A stretch of DNA of 64,000 nucleotides from the NCBI GenBank assembly GCA_965219685.1, contig CBDCOH010000002.1:1856001-1920000 (forward strand), written 5' to 3'. The DNA is from Candidatus Spongiisociaceae bacterium. Lineage in GTDB: Bacteria > Actinomycetota > Acidimicrobiia > Spongiisociales > Spongiisociaceae. The position numbers and the translations under genes were made by a program. This document shows positions 29,020-37,652 of this stretch, piece by piece. The notes beneath the pieces are model-generated. The model made no database searches. It was not told the origin of the DNA and worked only from the letters and a program-made list of their open reading frames with translations. Every line of letters starts with the position of its first letter. Positions within the stretch are counted from its first letter, which is position 1.

Positions 29020-29876
29020 CTGTAGAGGCTACGGAGCGGCTCGACGCGGTGGCCACCGTCGCCGGAGGGGACGATCACGCGATCGTCGTGGCCGGGCAGC
29101 ACCGTCATTCCGTAACGCTCCACCAAGCGGCGGACCTTGACCGCCGATCTGGCCCACTCCTCGGGGAACTGGTTGAGGATGCTGGGCACGAACCGCTTTC
29201 CGTAGGTGTCGGCCAGGTAGATGGCGTCGGACGCGATCAGGATCCATCCGTCCCGCTCGAGCAGGACGGCGACCCCGATCGTCCCCCACGTGTGTCCCGG
29301 CAATGTCACGACCCAGACTCCCTTCAGCAGCTCGAAGTCGGCGAACACTTCGACGGCCCGGTCTGGCATCAGCGACGCGAAGTCGGCCCGCGTGAAGCCC
29401 TGGGGGCTGGTGACCCCCCAGAGCGTCACCAGATCGTCCCGGATCAGCCCTCCCTTCTGGCTGAAGGCCCCTCGCAGTTCGTCCCGGCCCACATAGATCC
29501 GGGCATCGGTGGGCGCGAACATCCGCACGTTGCCGGCATGGTCGGTATGCAGGTGGGTGATGACAACGTGATCGAAATCGTCGGGGGACAGCCCGAGAGC
29601 GGCGATGCGCTCCGGGAACAGACCACCGTCTCCCGGGTCGTAGGACATGGCGTTCTGATAGAACTCGTTCTTCCACTCCTGGCGGAAGCGGACCGAGACG
29701 CCGGTGTCCACAAGGACTCGCCCGTCAGGATGCTCGATCACGTACACGTAGATGGGATGACGGAGTAGCTCCTTGCGACCGGAGCTCTCCGCGGTAGCAA
29801 GGCGCTCGGGATGTCCGGTGAGGGCGAGCTCAAAGTCGAGCGAAGTCCGTCCGCATTCGATCACCTTCAACTCCAT
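29016..29876 (-). CDS. Metallo-beta-lactamase fold lactonase (AHL lactonase / 4-pyridoxolactonase family)
   Basis: LVDTG, THLHTDHAG, LPGHTWG, ASDA, LPGHD. Confidence 0.85.
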   Translation of the reverse strand: MELKVIECGRTSLDFELALTGHPERLATAESSGRKELLRHPIYVYVIEHPDGRVLVDTGVSVRFRQEWKNEFYQNAMSYDPGDGGLFPERIAALGLSPDDFDHVVITHLHTDHAGNVRMFAPTDARIYVGRDELRGAFSQKGGLIRDDLVTLWGVTSPQGFTRADFASLMPDRAVEVFADFELLKGVWVVTLPGHTWGTIGVAVLLERDGWILIASDAIYLADTYGKRFVPSILNQFPEEWARSAVKVRRLVERYGMTVLPGHDDRVIVPSGDGGHRVEPLRSLYR

Positions 29877-29940
29877 CCGACCTCCTCCGGGCGCGGCGGC
29901 GACTCCCGCATTATGGTCAGGTCACCAAAGGAGGACCACG

Positions 29941-31515
29941 GTGAGCCGCACATTGGTGATGGGAGATCCCCTCGTCGTCCTCGGCGATCCGTCCCCGGGA
30001 TACATCCGGGATGGCGCGCTCATCGTCGAAGGTCGCCGGATCGTACGAGTCGGATCGAGGCAGGATCTTGAGGGTCTCGGTCCTTTCGATCACCTGGTCG
30101 GGTCTCCCCGCCATGCCGTCCTGCCCGGATTCATCAATGGTCACTACCACTCGGGTTCGGCCCTGAACCGGGGAATGCCCCAGTACATCTTCGAGCGGGC
30201 CAACGTCCATGTGCACGCCATGTGGAGCGCGGTCACCGAGGAAGACCTCTACTACGCCGTGCTGGCCAACGTCATCAACGACGTTCGAGGAGGCCAGACC
30301 GGGTTCGTCGACCTCAACTACGGCCGGTCCGGCCTGCCCAACTTCGGGTACGACGCCATCCTGCAGGCTTACGGGGACCTCGGGGTGCGGGTGGCCCTCG
30401 GGGTGGTCACCAGGGATCGGAACACCCTGGTCCATGCGGACGATGAGTCCTTCCTCGCCACGCTTCCCCCGGATCTGGCCGCGCGGGTGCGCGCCTCGAC
30501 GATGGGTTACGCATGGCCGGTCGACCAGGTGTTCGCCGCCTACCGGGACCTGGTCGCTCGCTGGGACTACCGGGAGGGCCGTATCCGGGTCCTGCTCGCA
30601 CCCGACTGGACCCCGGCCTGCTCGGACGAACTCTACGTCCAGAACCGGCGCCTGGCCGACGAGTTCGGAACGGGGATCATGACGCACGTGCTCGAGACCC
30701 GTTCCGAGATGATGTACGCGCTGGAGAGCGACGGCAAGACCGCCATGCGCCGGCTGGCGGATCTCGAAGTGCTGGGACCCGATGTCTCGTGCTCCCACTT
30801 CGTGTGGGCAACCGACGAGGACATCTCGATACTCGCCGATACGGGGGCGGTCGCGGTCAACAACCCGGGTTCCAACCTCCGCCTGAGCACGGGGATAGCC
30901 CGGGTGAGGGACATCATGGACCGTGGCGGGCGGGTGTGCTTCGGTACCGATAACATCTCTTTTTCGGACTCCGGCGACTTCTTCCAGGAGCTCCGCCTCG
31001 CCGCCTACCTGCAGAGAACCCCGGGATTGCTGGAGGTAGGTCGCCTCGATTCGGAGGCCGTGCTGCGAGCTGCGGCGCGCAACGGCGCCCGGGCGATCCG
31101 CTTCGAGTCCGAACTCGGTTCGCTGAGCGTGGGGAAGGAGGCCGACCTGGTCGTCTTGAGCCGCGACCGCCTGTTCTGGCCGGAGGAACGTTACGCCTCC
31201 GCCCCGCCCCTGGACGTCATCCTCGACCGAGCGTCGGCCGCCGACGTGGCGTCCATAATGGTTGCCGGAGAGGTCGTGTTCGACGATGGCGAATTCACCC
31301 GGATCCCTGAGAGCCGGATCCGGGACCACGTTGCCGAAGCGGCTCTGCGCATCATGGGCAACGATCCCGACCCGGACTCGGTGCGCCTGGGCTGGGAGGT
31401 GGACCCCTACGTACTCGATTTCTACCGCCGGTGGGCCCGGACGCCGCTCGAGCCGGCCGCGGTGTACAACGCCAAGCATCCGCCCCCAGGCGGGGATGGT
31501 TCGAGAGAGGAGTGA
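29941..31515 (+). CDS. Amidohydrolase (deaminase-like), paralog of 52333..53931
   Basis: GTG after AAGGAGG; PGFINGHYH, THVLE, SHFVW, NNPGSNLRL, FGTD. Confidence 0.88.
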   Translation: MSRTLVMGDPLVVLGDPSPGYIRDGALIVEGRRIVRVGSRQDLEGLGPFDHLVGSPRHAVLPGFINGHYHSGSALNRGMPQYIFERANVHVHAMWSAVTEEDLYYAVLANVINDVRGGQTGFVDLNYGRSGLPNFGYDAILQAYGDLGVRVALGVVTRDRNTLVHADDESFLATLPPDLAARVRASTMGYAWPVDQVFAAYRDLVARWDYREGRIRVLLAPDWTPACSDELYVQNRRLADEFGTGIMTHVLETRSEMMYALESDGKTAMRRLADLEVLGPDVSCSHFVWATDEDISILADTGAVAVNNPGSNLRLSTGIARVRDIMDRGGRVCFGTDNISFSDSGDFFQELRLAAYLQRTPGLLEVGRLDSEAVLRAAARNGARAIRFESELGSLSVGKEADLVVLSRDRLFWPEERYASAPPLDVILDRASAADVASIMVAGEVVFDDGEFTRIPESRIRDHVAEAALRIMGNDPDPDSVRLGWEVDPYVLDFYRRWARTPLEPAAVYNAKHPPPGGDGSREE

Positions 31516-31517
31516 GC

Positions 31518-32480
31518 ATGGCCTTCGTGGTGGATTGCCACATGCACATCATGGAGCCGGACTGGAACCCGATGAACGTCTCCTCCGGGATGGCCGAGTC
31601 CTGGGCCCGGCAGGTCCGCTGGTACGACCCGCCCAAGTCCGATCCCGAGTACTTCGCGGAGGCATGGAAGGTGTCCGCCGACGGCAACGGTGATAAGGCG
31701 GTGGCGCGTATGGACGAGGCCGGGGTGGACGCGTCGGTGATGATGCCCATGGACCACGGCGTCGGCCTTGGCGAGGAAGGCGTCATACCCATAGCCGAGA
31801 AGAACCGGCTCTGCGCCCAAGCCACCAAACGACACCCCGGACGGCTCTACACCTTCTGCGGAGTAGACCCCCGACGACCCAACGCCCTCGAAATCCTCAC
31901 CACCGCGGTAGACCAATGGGGCGCCATCGGCCTCAAGCTCTACCCCACCAACGGCTTCTACCCCGACGACGAAAACGTCGTCTACCCCCTATACCGGTTC
32001 CTACGCGAACGCGACCTACCCGTCCTACTACACCAAGGACACTCCGCAGGACGCCACAAATCCAAATACGGACACCCCATCTACGTAGACTCCGCCGCCG
32101 CCGACTTCCCCGACCTCCGCTTCATCATGGGCCACTCCGCCCGCTACGAAACCTGGGCACACGAAGCAATCTCGGTCGCCATCTACAAAACCAACGTGCA
32201 CCTCGACATGAGCCTTTGGCAACACTGGATCTCCCCCGACGAACTCGTACGCAAGATCGTCTGGATGAGAGACCGCATCGGAGCCGACCGGATCCTGTTC
32301 GGATCCGACATGGCCGGAATCGAAGTATCCCTCACCCTCGCGCAGTGGGTAGACCAGTTCCGCATGCTCCCAGAATGGGCCAAACAATTGGGCTACCGCA
32401 TCCCCCAACACCAGATCGACCAGATACTCGGAGAAAACACCCGCCGCATCTACCGGCTAGACGACCACCAACCCAACTAG
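31518..32480 (+). CDS. Amidohydrolase_2 family protein, copy 1
   Basis: VDCHMH, GLKLYP, LLHQGH, IMGHS, ILFGSD, ILGEN. Confidence 0.88.
   Translation: MAFVVDCHMHIMEPDWNPMNVSSGMAESWARQVRWYDPPKSDPEYFAEAWKVSADGNGDKAVARMDEAGVDASVMMPMDHGVGLGEEGVIPIAEKNRLCAQATKRHPGRLYTFCGVDPRRPNALEILTTAVDQWGAIGLKLYPTNGFYPDDENVVYPLYRFLRERDLPVLLHQGHSAGRHKSKYGHPIYVDSAAADFPDLRFIMGHSARYETWAHEAISVAIYKTNVHLDMSLWQHWISPDELVRKIVWMRDRIGADRILFGSDMAGIEVSLTLAQWVDQFRMLPEWAKQLGYRIPQHQIDQILGENTRRIYRLDDHQPN
31688..32464 (+). repeat. 777-bp near-identical direct repeat of 44186..44962
   Basis: Offset 12498; by eye about five substitutions, all synonymous. Confidence 0.9.
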
Positions 32481-32570
32481 CAGACACTCCTTTGCCTTTT
32501 CGCCACCATCTCCGGCGACGGACGCCGTTGTGCCCACGCGTCTTCGGCTTCCGTTCAGGCTACGGGTTGG

Positions 32571-32762
32571 TCACTTCAGCACCGCGATGATGACCCCGGT
32601 GGCGGAAGCGATGCCCGCAAGGATCAAGGCCGCAAGCCACATCGTCTGGCGGAACGCGGCCCGCTCCGACCGCTGCACGGCCTCGATCCACAGCGCGTAC
32701 GTCTCCGCCTTCATCCGTGCGGTCTGCGCCTCCACGTGACCTTCGGTGACCGGAGCGGTCAT
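32571..32762 (-). CDS. Small protein with C-terminal transmembrane helix (DUF1640/CCDC90-like)
   Basis: 63 aa ending WLAALILAGIASATGVIIAVLK; purine-rich RBS upstream. Confidence 0.5.
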   Translation of the reverse strand: MTAPVTEGHVEAQTARMKAETYALWIEAVQRSERAAFRQTMWLAALILAGIASATGVIIAVLK

Positions 32763-32946
32763 CGTCCCTCTCTGTCTCCCTCGCTGACTCGTACCCTAAC
32801 CCTAACATATCTATTAGCTAAGGTAACAACCGTTATCACTTGAGTACGATGGCGAACAGCGTAGAATACCAGGACTCGCCCTGCCCAGCGAAGCCCTTGT
32901 TCGTGAACAGTCAACATCCCTGGTAGTCGGTGACCGGTGGTGCTAG

Positions 32947-33099
32947 TCAGAGTGGCGGCGGTCGGCGGTCCCATCACGGGTCCGCCCTCTCGAGTTGGGC
33001 GGAGAGGCGGAACAGGAGTGCTTCGTTGCCGAAGGAGGCCGCGATCTGCACTCCGACCGGAAGACCATCCGGGGTCATGTGCATCGGGAGCCTGACGGC
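32947..33099 (-). pseudogene. 3' fragment of amidase (diverged copy of 41750..41899)
   Basis: [34 protein letters not shown] with a W-to-TGA change at 32974. Confidence 0.8.
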
Positions 33100-33147
33100 A
33101 AGACATGACTGGTGGCAGACGCCAGCCGTGGGATAGGTCGACCGGTA

Positions 33148-33413
33148 GCCTGTGGCAACACTGGATCTCCGCCGACAACCGGACGAAAGATCGTCGGGAT
33201 GCGAGACCGCATCGGAGCGGACCGGATCCTGTTCGGATCCGACATGGCCGGAATCGAGGTGCCCCTCACCCTCAAACAATGGGTAGACCAGTTGCGCATG
33301 CTCCCAGAATGGGCCAAACAACTCGGCAACTGCATCCCCCAGCACCAGATCGACCAAATACTCGGAGAAACACCCGCCGCGTCTACCGACTAGACGACCA
33401 CAACCCCGAGTAG
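33148..33413 (+). pseudogene. 3' fragment of the duplicated Amidohydrolase_2 gene (third copy, frameshifted)
   Basis: SLWQHWIS / MRDRIGADRILFGSDMAGIEV...QILGE / RRVYRLDD split across frames. Confidence 0.85.
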
Positions 33414-33527
33414 CGACCGGTGGACGGGTCCAAGCGAACCCGGAACTCGACCGGAGTCTCCCGGGAACCGGACGCCTTCACTCGCGCTCGTTGATCCCTG
33501 CCATCTCACGTACCTAGGTTGCAGCAC

Positions 33528-36500
33528 TTACCCGGGCCTCGTTACGTCCATCACGATCACCGAGATCTTGCGCGCCTCGTCGGTCGTCAACTCCCCTTGC
33601 AGTTGTCGGGCCAGGTCGCCAGGCGTGTCGGGTCGCCGACCGTCGGGGTGCCTCGTGGTGCGGCCGGCTCCGAACCACAGGACCAGGTAGATCCCGTAGC
33701 CCGCCGTCGCCGGATCGGTCGTGTACTGGTTGATGAGTTGGCGGCGCAGCGCACTCCACAGGTCACGATGGGAATTCTTCTTGATCTCGATCGGCACATT
33801 GAACCCGTCGAAGGAAGCCCTAATGTCGGCCCGCTTTTCCGCTGCGTACCGGCCTTCGGGTACCAGATCGACTCCTCGTGGTAAACGCTGGTTGAGGGCT
33901 TCGAGCAGTACATCGCGGCAGGAATCCTCCGGCCTGCCTTCGGTCGGACGACGATTGGAGTCCTCGTTCCAGAATTGCCGCCACGGGTTGGTGTTACCAC
34001 CGCGGACGTGCTCACCGATGTCATGCAGTCGAACACCAAGGAGCGCTGCTAGATCAGCAGCGTTCGCAGGGGCCCGGTTGTCGAGCGCGTCCTGTACCTC
34101 GGTGACGCTCGGATGGCTGTAGGAGGCGTCGCGGTACGCGATCCGTTGCTTTTCCTGAGCCCAGGTCAGCTGTCGATTCCAGGGCCCGAGATGCGGATCG
34201 CCAACCAGTCTGGCCAGTCCTTCGTGGGCATCGGGATAGGTAGCCACACTTAGCTGTCGTATCAGACCTTCAATGAGTTGGGAAGTGCCGATCTCTAGAG
34301 TGAAGAATCCGTCCAGCTTCTGTGGGCTGTAGGAACGTCCCAGCATCTCAACTAGGTTGGCGAGTAGTTGCGAATCGCTACTACCCCAGAGGACTGTTTC
34401 CCAGGTGGTGTGTACCGAAGTGTTGTGGAGAAACTCCGCCAGATGTCGTATCCGTCTCTCACTCGCTCCAACGTAGGTCCGAAACTCGTGTGTAGGTTGT
34501 CCGCCTGATACCAGTGCATTGACGGTCATCCACCTGACCCGGTGAGCGACACTCAGGCTTCTCATGGTCAGCTTCTTCTCGGCTAACGGTTTCAGCAGCG
34601 TGTTGTCCACCTGTCGGAGGGTGCTCCCAAGCAGACTGTCGAATAGCCGCAGTTGTTTGCTCGGGATCCGTGTCGGGAAAGCATCGAGAAGTCTGAGTCG
34701 GGTCTCGAACACGAGTTCCTCGTGTCCTATCATACGATCCAATTCGTAAACACCGGGTAGGACTTCGTCACCGTTGCGTACTGCCGCTCCGGCGCAACGG
34801 AAGAGAACATCCAGTACCAGGTTTGGGTTCTCTTGGAACCACTTGTCGTAGCAAGTTCGCGCGTCGTGATCTCGATAACTAACGTGGCAGTAATAGATAG
34901 CGAGCGCCCGGCGCATCCGGTCGGTGTCCATCTCTCGCACGGGTTCTGCCTCGTGGGTTGATAGGCCCATGCTCGCCAGCACCGGATGCACGACGTATGG
35001 CATCTGTTTCTGGGAATGCAACGAGATAGTCATAGTCACATCGGGAAGATCGTCACGCCAGAGTGCGCAGCGCAGCGCGACCATGACAGAGTTGGCAAGC
35101 TCCGGATCGCCTCCGACCAGATCTTCAATACGGTCTTGGCCTTGTGCGTAGGCACCGCCGGTCCGTTCGCTGAGGTAAACCAACGCCAGGTAATGCAGGT
35201 TTTGGGGCGGGAAGGTGTTAGCTAGTAGCTCGGCTTCCTGTGAGCGCAGATTCAGTATCCAGTCGTCGCGGCGTCTCTGGGTCACCTCAGTTTGCTGCTC
35301 CCTGAGTTCTTCCATCCTCTGCCGATACTCACGGTGAGTGGAAGATACCTGGGAAGGCCGAACATCATGGAGCCTCTCATAGTGCTCCTCCAACACCGCA
35401 AGCCCGGATAATCGACTGTGTATCAACTGGTAATTCAGCCCCCTGCTTATTGTGGGGTCCCTCACCGAGCAGTACGACTCTTTCAGTAGTTTCTTCGAAA
35501 GGCCCTGATCTGTCACAGCGACCAGTATCGCCTGATCGAGGCACCACATCCCAAAGTCGGCCGAGAGTCGACTCCCGTGTAGAACATCGCCGAGATGGCT
35601 CCGATAGATCGTAAAGCAGTCGGGACTGTCGCTTAGCTTTAGCCACCTCAGGAGTACTTCCTTTTGAAGCCGGGGTCGGGCTTCCAACCACTCGCGCACC
35701 CTGTGGACATGGTCGTCACTTGCATGGCCCCAACCGATCGGGGGCACGGTAGCGGTCAGCCATCTGTAGAGACGCGACAGGTCGACACGGTCACCCATCG
35801 TTTGCAGACCCCGGGCTAGGAGCCGTCCTGGTAGGTCTTCGAACCCGGAGTCCTGCAGCATCTGGACGATCTCGGAGGAGTTTTGGTAGAGAGTGTCCAA
35901 AAGATCTGCAATCTGCTCGCCCGATGACTCCGTGAGGAGAGTTCTATCCCAAAACTCCCAGAATTGGCGCATGTCCACATGACTGTTCCGAGGCGCGGCG
36001 TACCGCCACACCTCTGCCGGGGGGAGGTCGTCGGGGTAGAGATGACGCAACAGAGTTCCAGCAATCTGATCGTCAGGATCGGGGAGCGTCCGGTCATGGA
36101 CAGCATCCAAGACGGCTCTCAACGTTAGTGTTCGGGTGTCACCCGGCGGTGACACCCGGATGTACGCTTCGACGGCAGCTTCGCGTGTCTCGGATGGTCG
36201 GGCTGCATCCCACAGGATGGCTTCCAGATCCGGAGCCAGGCACGCCAAGGACTCCAAGTCCGCGTCGCGGGCGTTCGACACCACTCGCAGCACGAACTCA
36301 AGGATCCGCCGGCTGGGTGCTTCGTCATCGTTGTGTTGGAGCAGATGCCTAACAGCCGGCAGCGTCTCCGCGGACACGAGGGAGCGGAAAGCCCATGCGG
36401 GTTCGTCTCCGTACCCCAGGGATCCCTGAGTAGCGAACACGGCCAACGATTCGAGCAGTCGTTTCTTCTCGTGGCCGCTGAAGCCGCTGATGTCACCGTA

Positions 36501-37652
36501 GAGTCCGACACCCACCGGGTCGGCATCGATCAGGAGGCTGCGAGCCTCGTCGGAGTACGCAGCCAGCCAGGCTGATAGTCCCCGGAGTGGGGTTACCACC
36601 CGTCCGTCGCTTGGACCGGTCATCAGCGCTGTCACCCTCCGGGCCGGGAGTCCGTTTCTGACGAGCCTCGCCAGGAAGCGACCGCCGAGGAACTCTGCAA
36701 GCTGGCGATGGACGGGTACGAATCCTGTCTCGTTCTCGGCCGTGAACAGCCTGGTACCGAGCGCCCGCGTCCAGTGGTGTCTGGAGAGGGGGGCAGTGCC
36801 TTGGTCGAGGTCATCCAGACTCGAGAACGAAGGGAGATGTAGCCCCCGCTGCATCACATAGCCTTCAAGGCCTGCAACCAACTGCATGGCACACAGGTAG
36901 CCGGCAGCATCCAGAGTGACTGTGGGCGACTCCGAGCCGCCCGCCTGCAAGTGCTCGGAGTTCTGCTCGGTCACCAACTTCTCGCATGCCATCTCGAACA
37001 TCTCTCGCCGGCTATCCGGCCACCCGCGCCCTTGACTTATCGCTTCCCCCATCAGTTGCAGCGTCAGGGGGTTCTCCAACAGCTGCCAGATCCCCGAGGA
37101 CCGAGCGTTCTCGACGAAGTCCTCCATTCTCAAGTCGGGAAACCTCGCAGCGACCACTTCCCTGATGGCCTCGGTGTTCAGCGGGTCCAACCGCACGACG
37201 GTAACGGTCGAATCGGGCGAGACCACAGCGAGTCTCTGCCGGTCGTTGTTCCCCAACCAGTCCGCCTCACGGCAAGAGATTCGGAATGCCGGTGGTCGGA
37301 GTTCGTCAAGACGGCCGCGGACCTCGTCGAACGGGGTCCGAGAGTCCACCGATCCCGCACGTATCTCGTCGAGTCCGTCGATGAACAGAACACTGTCACG
37401 CCACTCCGGGTACGAATCCACATGGAGGGTGACGAAGTCCCTAGCCTTGCGGTACTCGGCCTTTTGGCCTGACGCCCGGATCGCCTCACATTCCGTTTCA
37501 AACGTGGTCGTCTTCCCAGCACCGGGATCGCCAAGCAGCACGAGGGTGGACACCGATCGGAACTCACCCAACGGTTTGCTCTCACCCGGACGGACCCGGC
37601 CGTCGCCATCGATCTCGATCTCGGTGCAGGTCCGGTCAACTATGAGGCTCAT
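33528..37652 (-). CDS. Large STAND/NACHT-like NTPase with C-terminal PD-(D/E)XK-like domain (putative defence protein)
   Basis: Start MSLIVDR at 37652 (ATGA overlap); Walker A GDPGAGKT, Walker B LFIDGLDE, ISCR, NPLTL; C-terminal EDSCRD...RADI...PIEIK; visibly lower GC. Confidence 0.75.
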   Translation of the reverse strand: MSLIVDRTCTEIEIDGDGRVRPGESKPLGEFRSVSTLVLLGDPGAGKTTTFETECEAIRASGQKAEYRKARDFVTLHVDSYPEWRDSVLFIDGLDEIRAGSVDSRTPFDEVRGRLDELRPPAFRISCREADWLGNNDRQRLAVVSPDSTVTVVRLDPLNTEAIREVVAARFPDLRMEDFVENARSSGIWQLLENPLTLQLMGEAISQGRGWPDSRREMFEMACEKLVTEQNSEHLQAGGSESPTVTLDAAGYLCAMQLVAGLEGYVMQRGLHLPSFSSLDDLDQGTAPLSRHHWTRALGTRLFTAENETGFVPVHRQLAEFLGGRFLARLVRNGLPARRVTALMTGPSDGRVVTPLRGLSAWLAAYSDEARSLLIDADPVGVGLYGDISGFSGHEKKRLLESLAVFATQGSLGYGDEPAWAFRSLVSAETLPAVRHLLQHNDDEAPSRRILEFVLRVVSNARDADLESLACLAPDLEAILWDAARPSETREAAVEAYIRVSPPGDTRTLTLRAVLDAVHDRTLPDPDDQIAGTLLRHLYPDDLPPAEVWRYAAPRNSHVDMRQFWEFWDRTLLTESSGEQIADLLDTLYQNSSEIVQMLQDSGFEDLPGRLLARGLQTMGDRVDLSRLYRWLTATVPPIGWGHASDDHVHRVREWLEARPRLQKEVLLRWLKLSDSPDCFTIYRSHLGDVLHGSRLSADFGMWCLDQAILVAVTDQGLSKKLLKESYCSVRDPTISRGLNYQLIHSRLSGLAVLEEHYERLHDVRPSQVSSTHREYRQRMEELREQQTEVTQRRRDDWILNLRSQEAELLANTFPPQNLHYLALVYLSERTGGAYAQGQDRIEDLVGGDPELANSVMVALRCALWRDDLPDVTMTISLHSQKQMPYVVHPVLASMGLSTHEAEPVREMDTDRMRRALAIYYCHVSYRDHDARTCYDKWFQENPNLVLDVLFRCAGAAVRNGDEVLPGVYELDRMIGHEELVFETRLRLLDAFPTRIPSKQLRLFDSLLGSTLRQVDNTLLKPLAEKKLTMRSLSVAHRVRWMTVNALVSGGQPTHEFRTYVGASERRIRHLAEFLHNTSVHTTWETVLWGSSDSQLLANLVEMLGRSYSPQKLDGFFTLEIGTSQLIEGLIRQLSVATYPDAHEGLARLVGDPHLGPWNRQLTWAQEKQRIAYRDASYSHPSVTEVQDALDNRAPANAADLAALLGVRLHDIGEHVRGGNTNPWRQFWNEDSNRRPTEGRPEDSCRDVLLEALNQRLPRGVDLVPEGRYAAEKRADIRASFDGFNVPIEIKKNSHRDLWSALRRQLINQYTTDPATAGYGIYLVLWFGAGRTTRHPDGRRPDTPGDLARQLQGELTTDEARKISVIVMDVTRPG

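Noticed and set aside
32794-32806. CCCTAA x2 telomere-like repeat
   Set aside because: Only two units; compatible with chance in an AT-rich patch.
31688-33413. Diversity-generating retroelement (TR/VR) explanation for the three amidohydrolase copies
   Set aside because: There is no reverse transcriptase in the window; the differences are not adenine-specific and include indels.
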